Counted from the first letter of the stretch, positions 1 to 26,141 are shown. The stretch: 64,000 nt of DNA from the human T2T-CHM13v2.0 reference genome, Homo sapiens (GCF_009914755.1 NC_060941.1); one strand, 5' to 3'. The notes: generated by a model from the sequence alone, not told the origin. Made by a program: numbers and translations.

Positions 1-3384
<3,384 letters not shown>

Positions 3385-4152
3385 AGTACTGTATACTGTT
3401 TCATCATATGCATGTACCATAATTTAGCCATCTGGCTATTACCAAGCATTCTAGGAAGCTCCCAGTTTCCACGTTGCTCTTTTTCCATGGCCCTTCTCAG
3501 TTCTTCAGGGCAGGTTCACACAGGTAGACCCAGGGAGAAGCTCAAAGCAGCTGTTGCTGTGGCCTCTTGTGGGTCCTCTGGCGCCATCTTGGCTCATCTT
3601 TCTGCTCCAGCTCAGACTTCCTGCCCTGAAACTCTGTGCCCTTTTCTTTTCTGGCCCTCACCGCCTTCTTCATCTCTAAGGGACACTACCCGCTAGGCAG
3701 AGGAGCTTCAGGAGTTCCCTGCCACTGCGGAGAGGGTCCAAGCAGCTGGTGAGCTCTGGCAGGCACCCGGTCCATCCTTGGAGACTCCTAGGCCTCTGTG
3801 TGGGGAGGGAGGGAGAGGGTGGCTCTCCTGAGGCCTCCTCCTGCCCCCACCCTCTGGTTTTCCGCAGTCTGGGTGGCAGTGCCCTGCCCAGGCGCACCTG
3901 GGTGTGGTGATGACTCAGCTGCCAGGCAGTGACTCAGGCTTCATCTTATCACACTTTACACAGAGAGAAATCCCATCACCCCACCCGCAGTCCAGTGTGC
4001 ACAGGAAGGCCGCTCCCGTCAGCTCGGGAGACATGCCGCGGGTGTGTCTGAGCAGAAGAGTCCGACCACAGCACTTCCACTGCCCCTGCTCCAGACTGAG
4101 CCTGGCATCTGCCCAAGGCTGGATTCGTTGTCCTTACTGCTTCCAGAGGGCC

Positions 4153-4197
4153 CCGCCATTTCCCATGGGAGGGCCGCCATTTCCCATGGGAGGGCCG
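4153..4197. repeat. Perfect 21-bp tandem duplication CCGCCATTTCCCATGGGAGGG x2
   Basis: Read directly. Confidence 0.95.
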
Positions 4198-5020
4198 AGG
4201 GGCAGAAGGCTCCCATCTCTTTAGCGTTTTGGGCAGCTCACTCAGTCTCTCATAGCCTTGACTTCTCCCATGGAAATGGGGGTGATGTTAGCACTTGTTT
4301 CTAGGGTTCAGTCATGTGTCCAGTGCGTGCTCAGTGAAGTGTCCACGGTTCTAGGAACTTGAGCCCTGCCTTATAGCTCCTGGTGGAAGGGACAGAGCAA
4401 GGACAAAAGGCAGCCTACAGAATGCCACAGCCACGCTAGGGGCCACCCTGTGCTTTAGCAAGTGCTGAAGTGGGACTGGCAAGGGAGGCTCCAAGGGCCC
4501 CATGGGGAGAGGCGCTCAGTCAGGGCCTGCTTGCCCTCTGCTGCTGCTACTCTTTCTCAGGACTCCAGAGAGGCCAAAGAGCTCCTTCCCTCCCTCAGAT
4601 GTGTCCTGCCTGTGAGCTGCAGCCCAGATCTAAGAACTACAGAAGTCCAGGGTGGGCAGGATGTCAGGGAGCCACACTGTCCAGCCCCCTGACCATCTGC
4701 GGTTCTTTGAACCCTTTCCCCCCCGGGTCAGTGCTTAAAGGATCAGGTGATGAAGGGCTGCCCTGACATGGTAGAGCGCCTAGTCGGGTATCCCAGGAAG
4801 ACGCCACTTGCAAGGAGAGCAGTGGAGGGCTTGTTACCAGCAAGAGGGTGTCAGTGTGTGACAACTGGGGGCTGAAAGGTCTCAGGGATGGACTGAGGTT
4901 GGAGACTGCAATGAGTGCCAGGGAGAGGGAAGAACAGACAGGACGGCTCAGGGGTAAGGAGCACACGGACATCTGGAATTTACTCCACATGCAGTGGGAT
5001 CCTTTAATAATGTTCCCCCA

Positions 5021-7835
<2,815 letters not shown>

Positions 7836-8139
7836 CGGCCTTGTTTTAGGTTTTTACATTTAAGAAAGGGGAAAAAAAAAGCGTATCAGCCATTGAACTT
7901 GCTGAACTGAGAGGGAAAGGGATTTGTGCCCACTTCTGGAAGGGTGGGCTGTGGCAGGCTGGAGCAGGCAGGCAGGCCTTTCTGGAAACTTGAGAAGGCA
8001 GGAGCCGGAATGGGCTTTGGATGCCTTGTGCTGGGGCCAGCTTCTCAACAGCCTGGGCCTCTACCTGGGGCTCACGGGCAGGGGAGGTGGGAGGAGGCCC
8101 GGGGCTACAGCATCCAGACTCTTCCTTGCTCTCCCACAG

Positions 8140-8501
8140 GAGGCCTGTGCAACCTGTGCCCAGACAGGGCCAACAAGGAGCACATCCTGCACGCAGGAGG
8201 TGTCCCACTCATCATCAACTGCCTATCCAGCCCCAATGAGGAGACGGTGCTGTCTGCCATCACCACGCTCATGCACCTGAGCCCGCCGGGCCGCAGCTTT
8301 CTCCCAGAGCTGACCGCCACGCCCGTGGTGCAGTGCATGCTTCGCTTCTCCCTCTCGGCCAGCGCCAGGCTCCGGAACCTGGCACAGATCTTCCTGGAGG
8401 ACTTCTGCTCCCCCCGCCAGGTGGCCGAGGCCCGCAGCCGGCAGGCGCACTCTGCCCTGGGTATCCCACTGCCGAGGAGCGTGGCCCCACGGCAGCGCTG
8501 A
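8140..8501 (+). CDS. ARMC7: ARMC7 (armadillo repeat-containing 7, minor-spliceosome-associated) terminal coding exon; earlier exons lie upstream of the window
   Basis: Acceptor cttccttgctctcccacag|GA at 8139/8140; reads [46 protein letters not shown]...APRQR-TGA, an ARM-repeat sequence I recognise as the ARMC7 C-terminus. Confidence 0.93.
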
Positions 8502-9670
8502 TCCATGGAGACTGCGAGACCGTGGCACCCCTACTGCTGGGGACCACAGTCCTGATGTGGACGCAGGGAACGGGGAGCACATACTGCCCCATTGGTGCCT
8601 TTTCAGCCATCTGAAAGGCGGGTTCTTTCAGCAGGACAGGCATTTACACTGATGAAACGCCACTGGGAGTGAGGAAGCCAGACTCCAGAGACACGGAGAA
8701 GATCAAACTGGAGCTGCGTTCATAGGCTGGCACTCTCAATCCTACATCAGGTGCCACCACCACCAGACTCAGGCCCTGGTGTAAGAAGCGGCCAAGTGCC
8801 TGGACCCAGAGGCTTTGCAGGACAGTGTTCTCAGGAGCTGGGCCTGAGGCTTAGGAGAGCTGCCTTCGCTGCAGGAAATCAGGGATTATCCCTTAACAGA
8901 AGTGTCTGGAGTAGTTTTCAGGTATAGGAATGAGATGCCTCGTGGTGAAAGGATCTCACCCTGGGAAGATGTGGTGCCCCCTCCAGGGCTCTGGAGGATG
9001 GATGCCTCCCCCAGGGGCTCTCCAAGCTGGGCATTTGGGCCTGGTGGATGCCAACCTGGATAACCTGTGGCCCAGCATTGACTGTCCACCCAGCCTTGCT
9101 GTTAGGCACCATGACTCCAAGATGAAGATGTGGTCCCTGCCCTTGAGTGACAGCCCAGGGACTTAATGTGGCCATCGGGCATCAAGCACAAGGCCATGCA
9201 GGTGATGATACGTCGGAATAGAGGCACCAGCCCTGGTAACTGCATCTTCTCCCCTTGCCACCCCATGGCCCCGGCTGAAAGCTTCGGCCCTCCTCTGCTG
9301 TCACTCAATGATGGGGAGCCCTACCCCAGAAGTGTATCCCACGAGGGCATCAGGGACGCAGTGAGTGTTGCTCAAGGGAGTCAGGAAGAGACGGCAACGT
9401 AAAGGATGTGGCTCCATGTCCATGGTGCCCCCTGGTCAACATAAGGAGCGTGGGATCCGATGGAAAGGTGGAGCTCAGGGAAAATGGGGGTCCTTGCCTC
9501 TCGTGTACCCCCTCAAGGCTGACCCCTTAGATGGCCCAGGAATGGCAGGTGCTACAAAAATGGTACCCACGTGGGCATGGAAATGGGGCAGATTAGGGGA
9601 CCACTGGACTCAGAGGGGAGGGAAGGGCTCATCAGCACCCGCTCAGGGAGCCTGTCCCTTTATGTTCCCA

Positions 9671-9715
9671 AATAAAGGGTCCTAGAAGACTAGAAAGCCA
9701 AGGTCTTTTATTAAA
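9671..9715 (+). terminator. ARMC7: ARMC7 poly(A) signals (AATAAA 9671-9676; ATTAAA 9710-9715)
   Basis: Canonical hexamers about 1.2 kb after the ARMC7 stop, directly abutting the NT5C 3' end. Confidence 0.7.
9707..9712 (-). terminator. NT5C: NT5C poly(A) signal AATAAA
   Basis: tttatt on + strand, about 240 nt downstream of the NT5C stop. Confidence 0.85.
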
Positions 9716-9950
9716 GGTCCCGACTGGTTTTCCCACTGTATTTCCATGCCAGCCAGGGTCCAGGGACAGCCTCTCGGGAGGTACCGGGTGGCTGGGCCTG
9801 GGGCCCGGTAGCACAGCGCTTAACGGTATCTGCCTGCTCCACTCCACGGGGCCAGAGGCACCAGCACGATGCCGCCCCGACTCGGCTCTGCGGTGGCCCC
9901 TGTGGGCCTGCCCTTCCTTTAGCTCCAGCTGCTGCCCGCGGCATCCCCGC

Positions 9951-10377
<427 letters not shown>

Positions 10378-10467
10378 TCAGGGATAGGGAGTTGGCTCTA
10401 AGCCCTTGAGAGCCCCCCACCCCCACCTTCTGGGTTTCTGGTGGTTTCTTTTTAAAATCAGGATTTA

Positions 10468-10638
<171 letters not shown>

Positions 10639-10641
10639 TTA

Positions 10642-10923
<282 letters not shown>

Positions 10924-10926
10924 TCA

Positions 10927-11340
<414 letters not shown>

Positions 11341-11576
11341 CTAGGGTTCGGGTGCAGGGACGGCTTTGGGGGGCACTTTTCTGACCCTGCGCTTCTTCGG
11401 GACCCAGCCTTTGTCCCCATCAGCCGCCTCCCACTTTACGGCAGACGTACCCCCGTTCACCCCACGTTACTAGTAGGGGACCGACCTTCCGGGGGCCCAA
11501 CAAAGGGATGCTCTGAAATACTGGGAAGCACCTAACGAGGAGTCAAGGGTCCTAAACCCGTGGGGCTAGCTCCACA

Positions 11577-14590
<3,014 letters not shown>

Positions 14591-14726
14591 TATTTAACTT
14601 CAAATGACTCCTCCAATCAGTAGGCAGGATTTATAGTGACAAAGAGAAAAGCATCTAACCAGGGAGAACACTGAAACCATCTCAAAAAGAAGACACAGTA
14701 CACAGTGTTTCAAAATGTGGATATTG

Positions 14727-14732
14727 TTTACT
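14727..14732 (-). terminator. JPT1: JPT1 distal poly(A) signal (AGTAAA variant)
   Basis: tttact on +; followed on the minus strand by a GT/T-rich tract (tgtgtactgtgtcttctttttg) typical of a downstream element. Confidence 0.6.
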
Positions 14733-15460
14733 TGAAGCAACAGTCCAGGATTGTGAAGTACAACACATTTTAAGGATGAGACTTTCCTTTCATGGTCAAG
14801 CACCAGCATCATGCACACAGCATCAGGTTATTTAAAACAACACGCCTGTGGGACCCCGTTCCTGGAGGAAGACCCGCTTCAGTGTGATTGCCTCCCTTGC
14901 TTCACTGCTTTTAGTTCCAGGCAGTTTCATTGTACATCCAAGCCTTCCTCTGCGTGAGAGCAAAGGCTTTGCTCATCAGCCAGCCAGTCTTGTTACTATC
15001 TGGCTACTTTTTAAGGTTAAAAAATAAAAGGCAGTTTCTTTGCTTTGCAGGCGGCAAGGCAGGAGGCGCAGGCCTCTTCATTGTTCACATGTCACAGGAG
15101 GAGGCTCTGAGCAAAGGCCACTGGCAAGTTAGGGCAACACCAAGAAGGCTCTGCGGAGAGACTCCCTGTGGGTTGGGGCCTGGCAGGAACGGTGCCTGTG
15201 GACTGTTTATGGTCTGTCCAGTTGAGGCTTGGTAAACCCAAGTAAAGTGTTAAAAACCTCAGTACAAAAGATCCTCTAACACATCTGGAACCAAATTATT
15301 TCTTCTTAAAAACACAGTACTAAGTGTCACAAAGCTTTCCCTCCAATCTACTACTAGAAAACACTCATGCCATGGCCCACAGACCCAAGAGTCAAGGACA
15401 GAGAGAAACCTGTTCTTCAAAAGAAAAAAAAAAAAGACAGCAGTACATAAAGTGCTTCTT

Positions 15461-15466
15461 TTTAAT
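15461..15466 (-). terminator. JPT1: JPT1 proximal poly(A) signal ATTAAA
   Basis: tttaat on +, about 95 nt after the canonical stop; followed by TGTA and a GT/U-rich tract on the minus strand. Confidence 0.7.
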
Positions 15467-15561
15467 GAAACAAATCCAAGAGATGTACAGTCAGGCTCAA
15501 GTTGTGCAGTTCACAAGCATGGAGGAAACAGACAGAACGACAGCGTTCAGGACAGTCAGAG

Positions 15562-15710
15562 CTAACCCAAGACGAGGCTGGACTTGCCGCCAGGGGGATT
15601 TCTTCTGGATGGCACTGGGGCCGGGGCCACCGGGCTGGGCACAGGCGCAGCAGGCACGGGCTTCTCTTCACTCTGCCCCAGGCTGCCTGGCAAGTCTGTG
15701 TCCACATTTT
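15562..15710 (-). CDS. JPT1: JPT1 exon 5 (ENVDTDLPG...[14 protein letters not shown])
   Basis: ttttcatag|AA; TAG at 15562-15564; second PPGG Jupiter/HN1 motif. Confidence 0.95.
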
Positions 15711-15937
15711 CTATGAAAACAGGGAATAGAAATAATACTCATAATGACAGCCATTTCCTGTTAAGATCAAGGATCTGTTTCTCTTTTTCTTTTTTTTTTG
15801 GTTTGATGGATGGAAACATACCTAAAAGCATAAACAAAATAATCACCCACCATGCTCCCACTCCACAGAATTAACCATTGTTCATCTTTTCCCATATTTG
15901 TTGTTTATGTTCTTTTCTAAATTACACAAATATATAA

Positions 15938-16186
<249 letters not shown>

Positions 16187-16737
16187 TGATCCACCTGCCT
16201 CGGCCTCCCAAAGTGCTGGGATTACAGGCGTGAGCCACCGCGCCTGGCCCAAGGACATGAAGATTTTTAAATAAGAACAGGGAACTCTAGCTCTACGGCC
16301 CCTTCCAGCTCCGGGTGGATCCTGCTCCCCCTATTCCCAGAGGTCCCACTGCAAGTCCTGTGCAGCCTTCTAGTCCACTTGTTTTATGTATATTTACATG
16401 TAGCCAGATAACATGTAACATGTTTTGGTTATATTTAACATAAATGGTATCAACTTCTTTTTTTCACTCTTGGAAATGTATCCATATTTACAAACAGGGT
16501 AGTAATTCGCCTTGCTTATTAACTGTATGTTTTCAAATCCCTCACCTCACTGTCAAGCTTCATTGCTTTATAGTAATTATCACATGATATAGGCTATTTA
16601 TCCAATTCTCTGACAGCAAAAAAACTGGAACCCATCCAATTTTCCAAATGAATTGTCTCTCATTAGGGTTGTTTCTAAACCGGGAAAAAACTGATTCAAA
16701 GTGCAAAGTGAATGCAAAAATTCTATATTTTCTATGA

Positions 16738-17013
<276 letters not shown>

Positions 17014-17147
17014 TAAAAGATGGGGTCTCCTTATGTTACCCAGGCTGGTCTCAAATTCCTGGACTCAAGTGATCCTCCCATCTCACCCTCCCTAAGTGCT
17101 GGGATCACAGGCATGAGCCACCTTCACCCTTCACACAGCCTAGTTTT

Positions 17148-17181
<34 letters not shown>

Positions 17182-17443
17182 AGACAGGGTCTTTAACCTC
17201 TGCCTCCTGGGTTCAAGCAATTCTCCTGCCTCAGCCTCCCGAGTAGCTGGAATTACAGGCATGCACCACCATGCCTGATTAATTTTTGTATTTTTAGTAG
17301 AGACGGGGTTTCGCCATGTTGGCCAGGCTGGTCTCAAACTCCTGGCCTCAAGTGAGCCACCTACCTTGGCCTCCCAAAGTGCTGGGATTACAGGCATTAA
17401 GCCACTGCACCCGGCCTAGTTTTCCTTTTTTTTCTTTAGTTGA

Positions 17444-17608
<165 letters not shown>

Positions 17609-19170
17609 TAGTAGAGACAGGGTTTCACCATGTTGGCCTGGCTGGTCTTAAACTCCTGACCTCAGGTGATCCAACCTGCCTTGGCCTCCCAAGGTGCTGG
17701 GATTACAGGCGTGAGCCTCCATACTGGGCCTTAGTTTTCTTTTTAATAGCAAGTTTATTTCAGTGTTAACCAATCAAATTCAGTTGCATATTCTAAGATA
17801 TTCGTAAAAATATTTCATAGAATCCCTTTTGCCTGAAAAGGCAGTAAGGGCAGTTAATAATGCTCCTATATTAATGGATTTTTTTTTTTTTTTTTGAGAC
17901 TGTGTCTCATTCCATCGCCCAGACTGGAGTAAAGTAGCGTGATCCTGGCCCACCACAACCTCCGCCTCCCAGGCTCAAGCGATTCTCCTGCCTCAGCCTC
18001 CCAATAGCTGGGGTTATAGGCGCCCGCCACCATGCCCAGCTAATTTTTTGTATTTTTGTAGAGACCAGGTTTCACCATGTTGGCCAGGCTTGTCTCAACC
18101 TCCTGACCGCAAGTGATCCACCCACCTCAGCTGCCCAAAGTACTCAGATTACAGGCGTGAGCCACCATGCCCGGCCAAGAAGAGGTCTTTAACACTTACT
18201 CTCAATTCATGTACTTATCTCATGATAGGCTAGAAGCAAACAAACCTCCCTCTTCTGTGGCTGCAGTATTTCTCATTGGACAGACATTTATTTTATTTAT
18301 TTATTTTTCATGCTTTGTTAATGTTAACATACTACTGCTGCTTTTAACATTTCATGAATTTCTGGAACATTCTATGGGAGTAACATAAAATGTTCTATAC
18401 TATTTAACTACAAGCAAAAATAGAGTATGAAGCTTTTCAGAATGACAACTGTCACAATTATGAACTAAAACTCAGAGAGGGTCACCCATTAGTTTCCTTG
18501 GTTACATCCATTGTAAAAGAAGCAAGATCAAATGCACTGGATCAGACACACAAGTCCTACAATAAGTGTCCCTGAAATAACCTAAATATAATTGTAAATA
18601 TAAAAGAAAAACAAAACTCCACATTTAAAATATTCAAGATAAAGAGAATTCGGACTGAGACAACTTGTTAGTTCAAGCAGTTTCATTTCTGCTGGTGGGA
18701 CATGGCCTCCTGCTATATATACAGGATCTACTGAAGTCTTCATTCTCTCTCTGAATCCAGCAGTTAATGAACATTCTGAAGAACAAAAAATTATCTTGCA
18801 GTCCTGCCATAGTGGTTTATTTTCATAAAATCCTCTTCAGATGAATCAAGCTCAATACTACTAATCTTATATTTGTCTTACATTATTACTAGAACTGTTT
18901 TGTTTTTCACAAATACATAACATACTAATAAAGAAGAAGAAAAAAATAAAAAAGCACCTATGGAGATTAAACAAGCAGCAGTAGGCCTTACTTTAAATGT
19001 CTGTCCAGGCCAGGTGCAGTGGCTCACACCTGTAATCCCAGCACTTTGGGAGGCCAAGGCAGCTGAATAACCTGAGGTCAGGAGTTTGAGACCAGCTTGG
19101 CCAACATGGTGAAACCCCGTGTCTACAAAAGTACAAAAATTAGCTGGGCGTGTGTGCGCGCCTGTATTCA

Positions 19171-19284
<114 letters not shown>

Positions 19285-19390
19285 TCAAAAATAAATAAAT
19301 GTCTGTCCAGTCAGAAGTACTCCACCCACAGAGGAGGGAGGTTTGTTTGTTTCCAGCCCATAATGAGATAAGTACAGGAATTGAGAGTAA

Positions 19391-19621
<231 letters not shown>

Positions 19622-20341
19622 TGATCCGCACACCTCAGCCTCCCGAAGGGCTGGGATTACAGGCATGAGCCACCGCGCCCAGCCAAATGTTTAGAAACTT
19701 TTATGCCAATTTGACACAGAAAGCTTTTGTCTGCTGAAGATAATTTAAAAAAAAAAAGGGCTTTAAATGAAATTATTTCTACCAAAATATACATTTTAGA
19801 CACTCCTGGTCTCTTTTCTTTGGCACATCAATAAGATAACTGAACAAAGACATCTCTATCTGAATAGAAAATGATTCATTGTAAGCATCAAAGAATCAGA
19901 ACTGGAAGAAATGTAGCCGACCATCTAACTTGCCCGCAGTCAGGGAGACTTCTCTGCCTGAACTTCCTGGACCTTCTCCCTCTTAGATTTCTCAAGATGG
20001 AAACTCCAAAGTCATTCCTGTAGCCATTCCTGCGTTTAATTGCCCAAGAGGTAAAATAAATTTCCCGTATATCCAAAGGGAATCTATCTTATTTAAACTG
20101 AATTGGGGTTGACCTTTAATCCTCCAGATGTATCTTATTACTGTACCTCAGCCAGGCACAGCGGCTCACACCTGTAATCCCAGAATTTTGGGAGGCCAAG
20201 GCAGGAAGATCAACATGAACCCAGGACCAGCCGGGGGAAACATAGCAAAACCCTGTCTCTACAGAAACTACAAAAATTGGCCAAGCACGGTGGCTCACGC
20301 CTGTAATCCCGACACTTTGGGAGGCCAAGGCAGGTGGATCA

Positions 20342-20527
<186 letters not shown>

Positions 20528-20835
20528 CTAGCCTGGGCAACAGAGCAAGACTCCATCTCAGAAACAAAACAAAAACAAAACCACAAAAATTAGCCAGGCA
20601 TGGTGGCATGCAACTGTAGTCCCAACTACTCAGGAAGCTGAGGTGAGAGGATGGCTTGAACCCGGAAGTCAAGGCTGCAGTGAGTGGTGATTGTGCCACT
20701 GCACTCGTGGTTCAGGCAACAGTGAGAACCTGTCTCAGTAAAGAAAAAAATATTATTGTGCCCCTTTTCATTTTAAGACAGATGAACTAAAGTTGCAGCA
20801 GTCAGCCACACAGAATATATCAGATCAGAAACTTA

Positions 20836-20976
<141 letters not shown>

Positions 20977-20979
20977 CTA

Positions 20980-21114
<135 letters not shown>

Positions 21115-21279
21115 TCAAAAAAAACAAAAAGGAAAAAACAACAACAGGTAACCAGATAACCACTGGGGGGAAAAAGAAAGGACTTAGGAGTTTGCGACCA
21201 GCCTGGCCAACATGGCGAAAACTCCGTGTCTGCTAAAAATAAAAAAAATTAGTTGAGCGAGGCTGGGCGCAGTGGCTCA

Positions 21280-21579
<300 letters not shown>

Positions 21580-22026
21580 TTATTAATTATGTGGTAGGAC
21601 TATTGACACATTGTTGACATACTTCTCCAAGTTCCCCTAACTTCTAGTTGTATTAACTGACCAAAATAATTGAATAAAGATTAGCTGATTCTTGTTAAAT
21701 AAGGTCTGACAGTGAAAGTATTCAGAATATAGAAAGCAGTAGAACCGGCCGGGCCTGGTGGCTCACGCCTGTAATCCTAGCATTTTGGGAGGCCAAGGCA
21801 GGTGGATCACCTGAGGTCAGGAGTTCAAGACCAGTCTGGCCAACATGTTGAAACTCTGTCTCTACTAATAAAAAAAAAATTAGCCGGGCGTGGTGGCAGC
21901 CCTTGTAATCCCAGCTACGCAGGGAGGCTGAGGCAGGAGAATCACTTGAAACCGGTAGGTGGAGTTGCAGTGAGCCGTGATCGTGCCACTACACTCCAGC
22001 CTGGACAACAAGAGCTAAACTCCGTC

Positions 22027-22211
22027 AAGGGGGGAGGGGAGGGGAGAGGGAGGGAGAGGGAGGGAGGGAGGGGAAGGGGGAGAGAGGAGGGGAGGGAGGG
22101 AAGGGGAGGGAGGGGAGGGGGGGATGGAGGGAAGGGGGAGGAAGGGAACGGGAAGGGATGAGAAGGGAGGGGAGGGGAAGGGAGAGGAGGGAAGAAGGAA
22201 GGAAGCAAGAA
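22027..22211 (+). repeat. G/A-rich polypurine low-complexity tract replacing an Alu tail
   Basis: About 185 nt of GGGA/GGAG/GGAA, almost no pyrimidines. Confidence 0.95.
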
Positions 22212-22325
22212 GTGGAATCAAAAAACCTAGATTTTACCTCCAGAAGTCTTTCCAGAACAGTACAAATAGAACACAAACAGTAATTAATACATACATCTTC
22301 GGTCCAATGCAAAAGTAACTGGTCC

Positions 22326-24398
<2,073 letters not shown>

Positions 24399-24496
24399 GG
24401 TCCTATAAGGAAGAACCCAGGCAATGCTCCCAAAGGCTCAGGAGCTTCTCCTCTAAGCCCACCAAGAAACACTGTGAGGCCGGGCGCAGTGGCTCA

Positions 24497-24715
<219 letters not shown>

Positions 24716-25145
24716 TCAACCTTTCCGTGTGTCCTTGTAAGCACACCACAAAACATAAGGGTAGGAAAAGGCCTTAAGAGGAAGCTGCTGCTTCTGTCTA
24801 GACCAGAGGGCCTTGTGACTGCTGCACTTCACTGACTGCTACTGCCTGACACTTACAAACCTTGCACTCATCGCCAAGTCTTTAGCACTTGTTACAGAAA
24901 TGCCAATAAATACCTCCAAGATTTAAGATAATTAAGTCAATGATTACAGCTCATTTCCACCTATAATTCGTAATATGGTTGGTTAGCTGAAAATTTACAT
25001 CTGCCCCCTAAATCATCATTTACAAAATCACCAAGCAGGTAACCAATGTCTTGCTGAATAAGCATCTCCCTATAAAAACAAATGAACTTTGTAAAGTGGA
25101 TGCTGTGAGCTGAGCTTGAAATGGTTATATTAAAAAGCTCTCTCT

Positions 25146-25235
25146 GGCTGGTAGTGAGTTATCTTGTTCATAGTTACAGATCAACCTCCTTGTTTTACTC
25201 TTTCCCCTCTTCTCAATACTGCACTTGGCTAGTCT
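25146..25235 (+). pseudogene. Y1 RNA (RNY1-derived) retropseudogene in JPT1 intron 4
   Basis: ggctgg..tagtgagttatct..gttca..agttacagatcaacctccttgttttactctttcccctcttctcaatactgcacttggctagtct follows hY1 as I recall it, with small deletions; A-rich tail and AAAAAGCTCTC TSD. Confidence 0.88.
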
Positions 25236-26141
25236 GTGATAAATAGCTACATAAATACAAAAAGCTCTCAGCTGGGTGCTGGGGCTCTTGCCAGTAATAG
25301 CAGCACTTGGGGAGGCTGAGGTGGGAGGATCACTTAAGCTCAGGGGTTCGAGACCAGCCTGGGCAACATAGTGAGACCTCATCTCTACTAAAAATAAAAA
25401 CAAATTAGCGAGGTGTGGTGTTGTACCCCTGTAGTCCCAGTTACTAGGGAGGCTGAGGTGGGAGGATCACCTAAGCCCAAGGAGGTCGAGGCCACAGTAA
25501 GCTGTGATTGCCTACTGCACTCCAGCCTTGGCAACAGAGAGACACCTGGTCTCAAAAAAAAAAGCTCTCATTAAGTGTAACAAATACTGACCTGATTAAT
25601 ATGTATGTGTGTGTGTTTAGATATATTTTGGTTTAGTTTATTTTTTTCAGGCAAGGTCTCACTCTGTCACCCAGACTGGAGTATAACGGTGTGATCTCTG
25701 CTCACTGCAACCTCCACGTCCTGAGCTCAAGCAATCCTCCCACCTGAGCCTCCCGAGTAGCTGGACTACAGGCATGTGCCGCCATGCTAGGCTAATTTTT
25801 GTACTTTTTTATAGAGACAGGGTTTCACCATGTTTCCAGGCTGGTCTTGAACTCCTGGGCTCAAGCAATCTGCCTGCCTCAGCCTCCCAAAGTGTTGAGA
25901 TTACAGGCGTGAGCCACCATGCCCAGCCAATATATGTAATTTTAAAGGATTCTCTGTTTTTTCCCTTCTATTATGTTTCTAGCATTGATCGCGTTACTGG
26001 CAGATTAGAGTATGGCGGCACTTGGGGCATGGCCAGGTTTCACTCCCCAGTCTCTTTCCCCAAGACATGATTTAAATCAAGATTCAGATCTGTCCTAAAA
26101 CCATGGACAGAGCCAGAAATTTGGTCTTCAGAAGTACTTAC

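Noticed and set aside
7926-8139. N-terminal part of the 191-aa ORF at 7926-8501
   Set aside because: Intronic read-through upstream of the clear acceptor at 8139/8140; only 8140-8501 is ARMC7 coding
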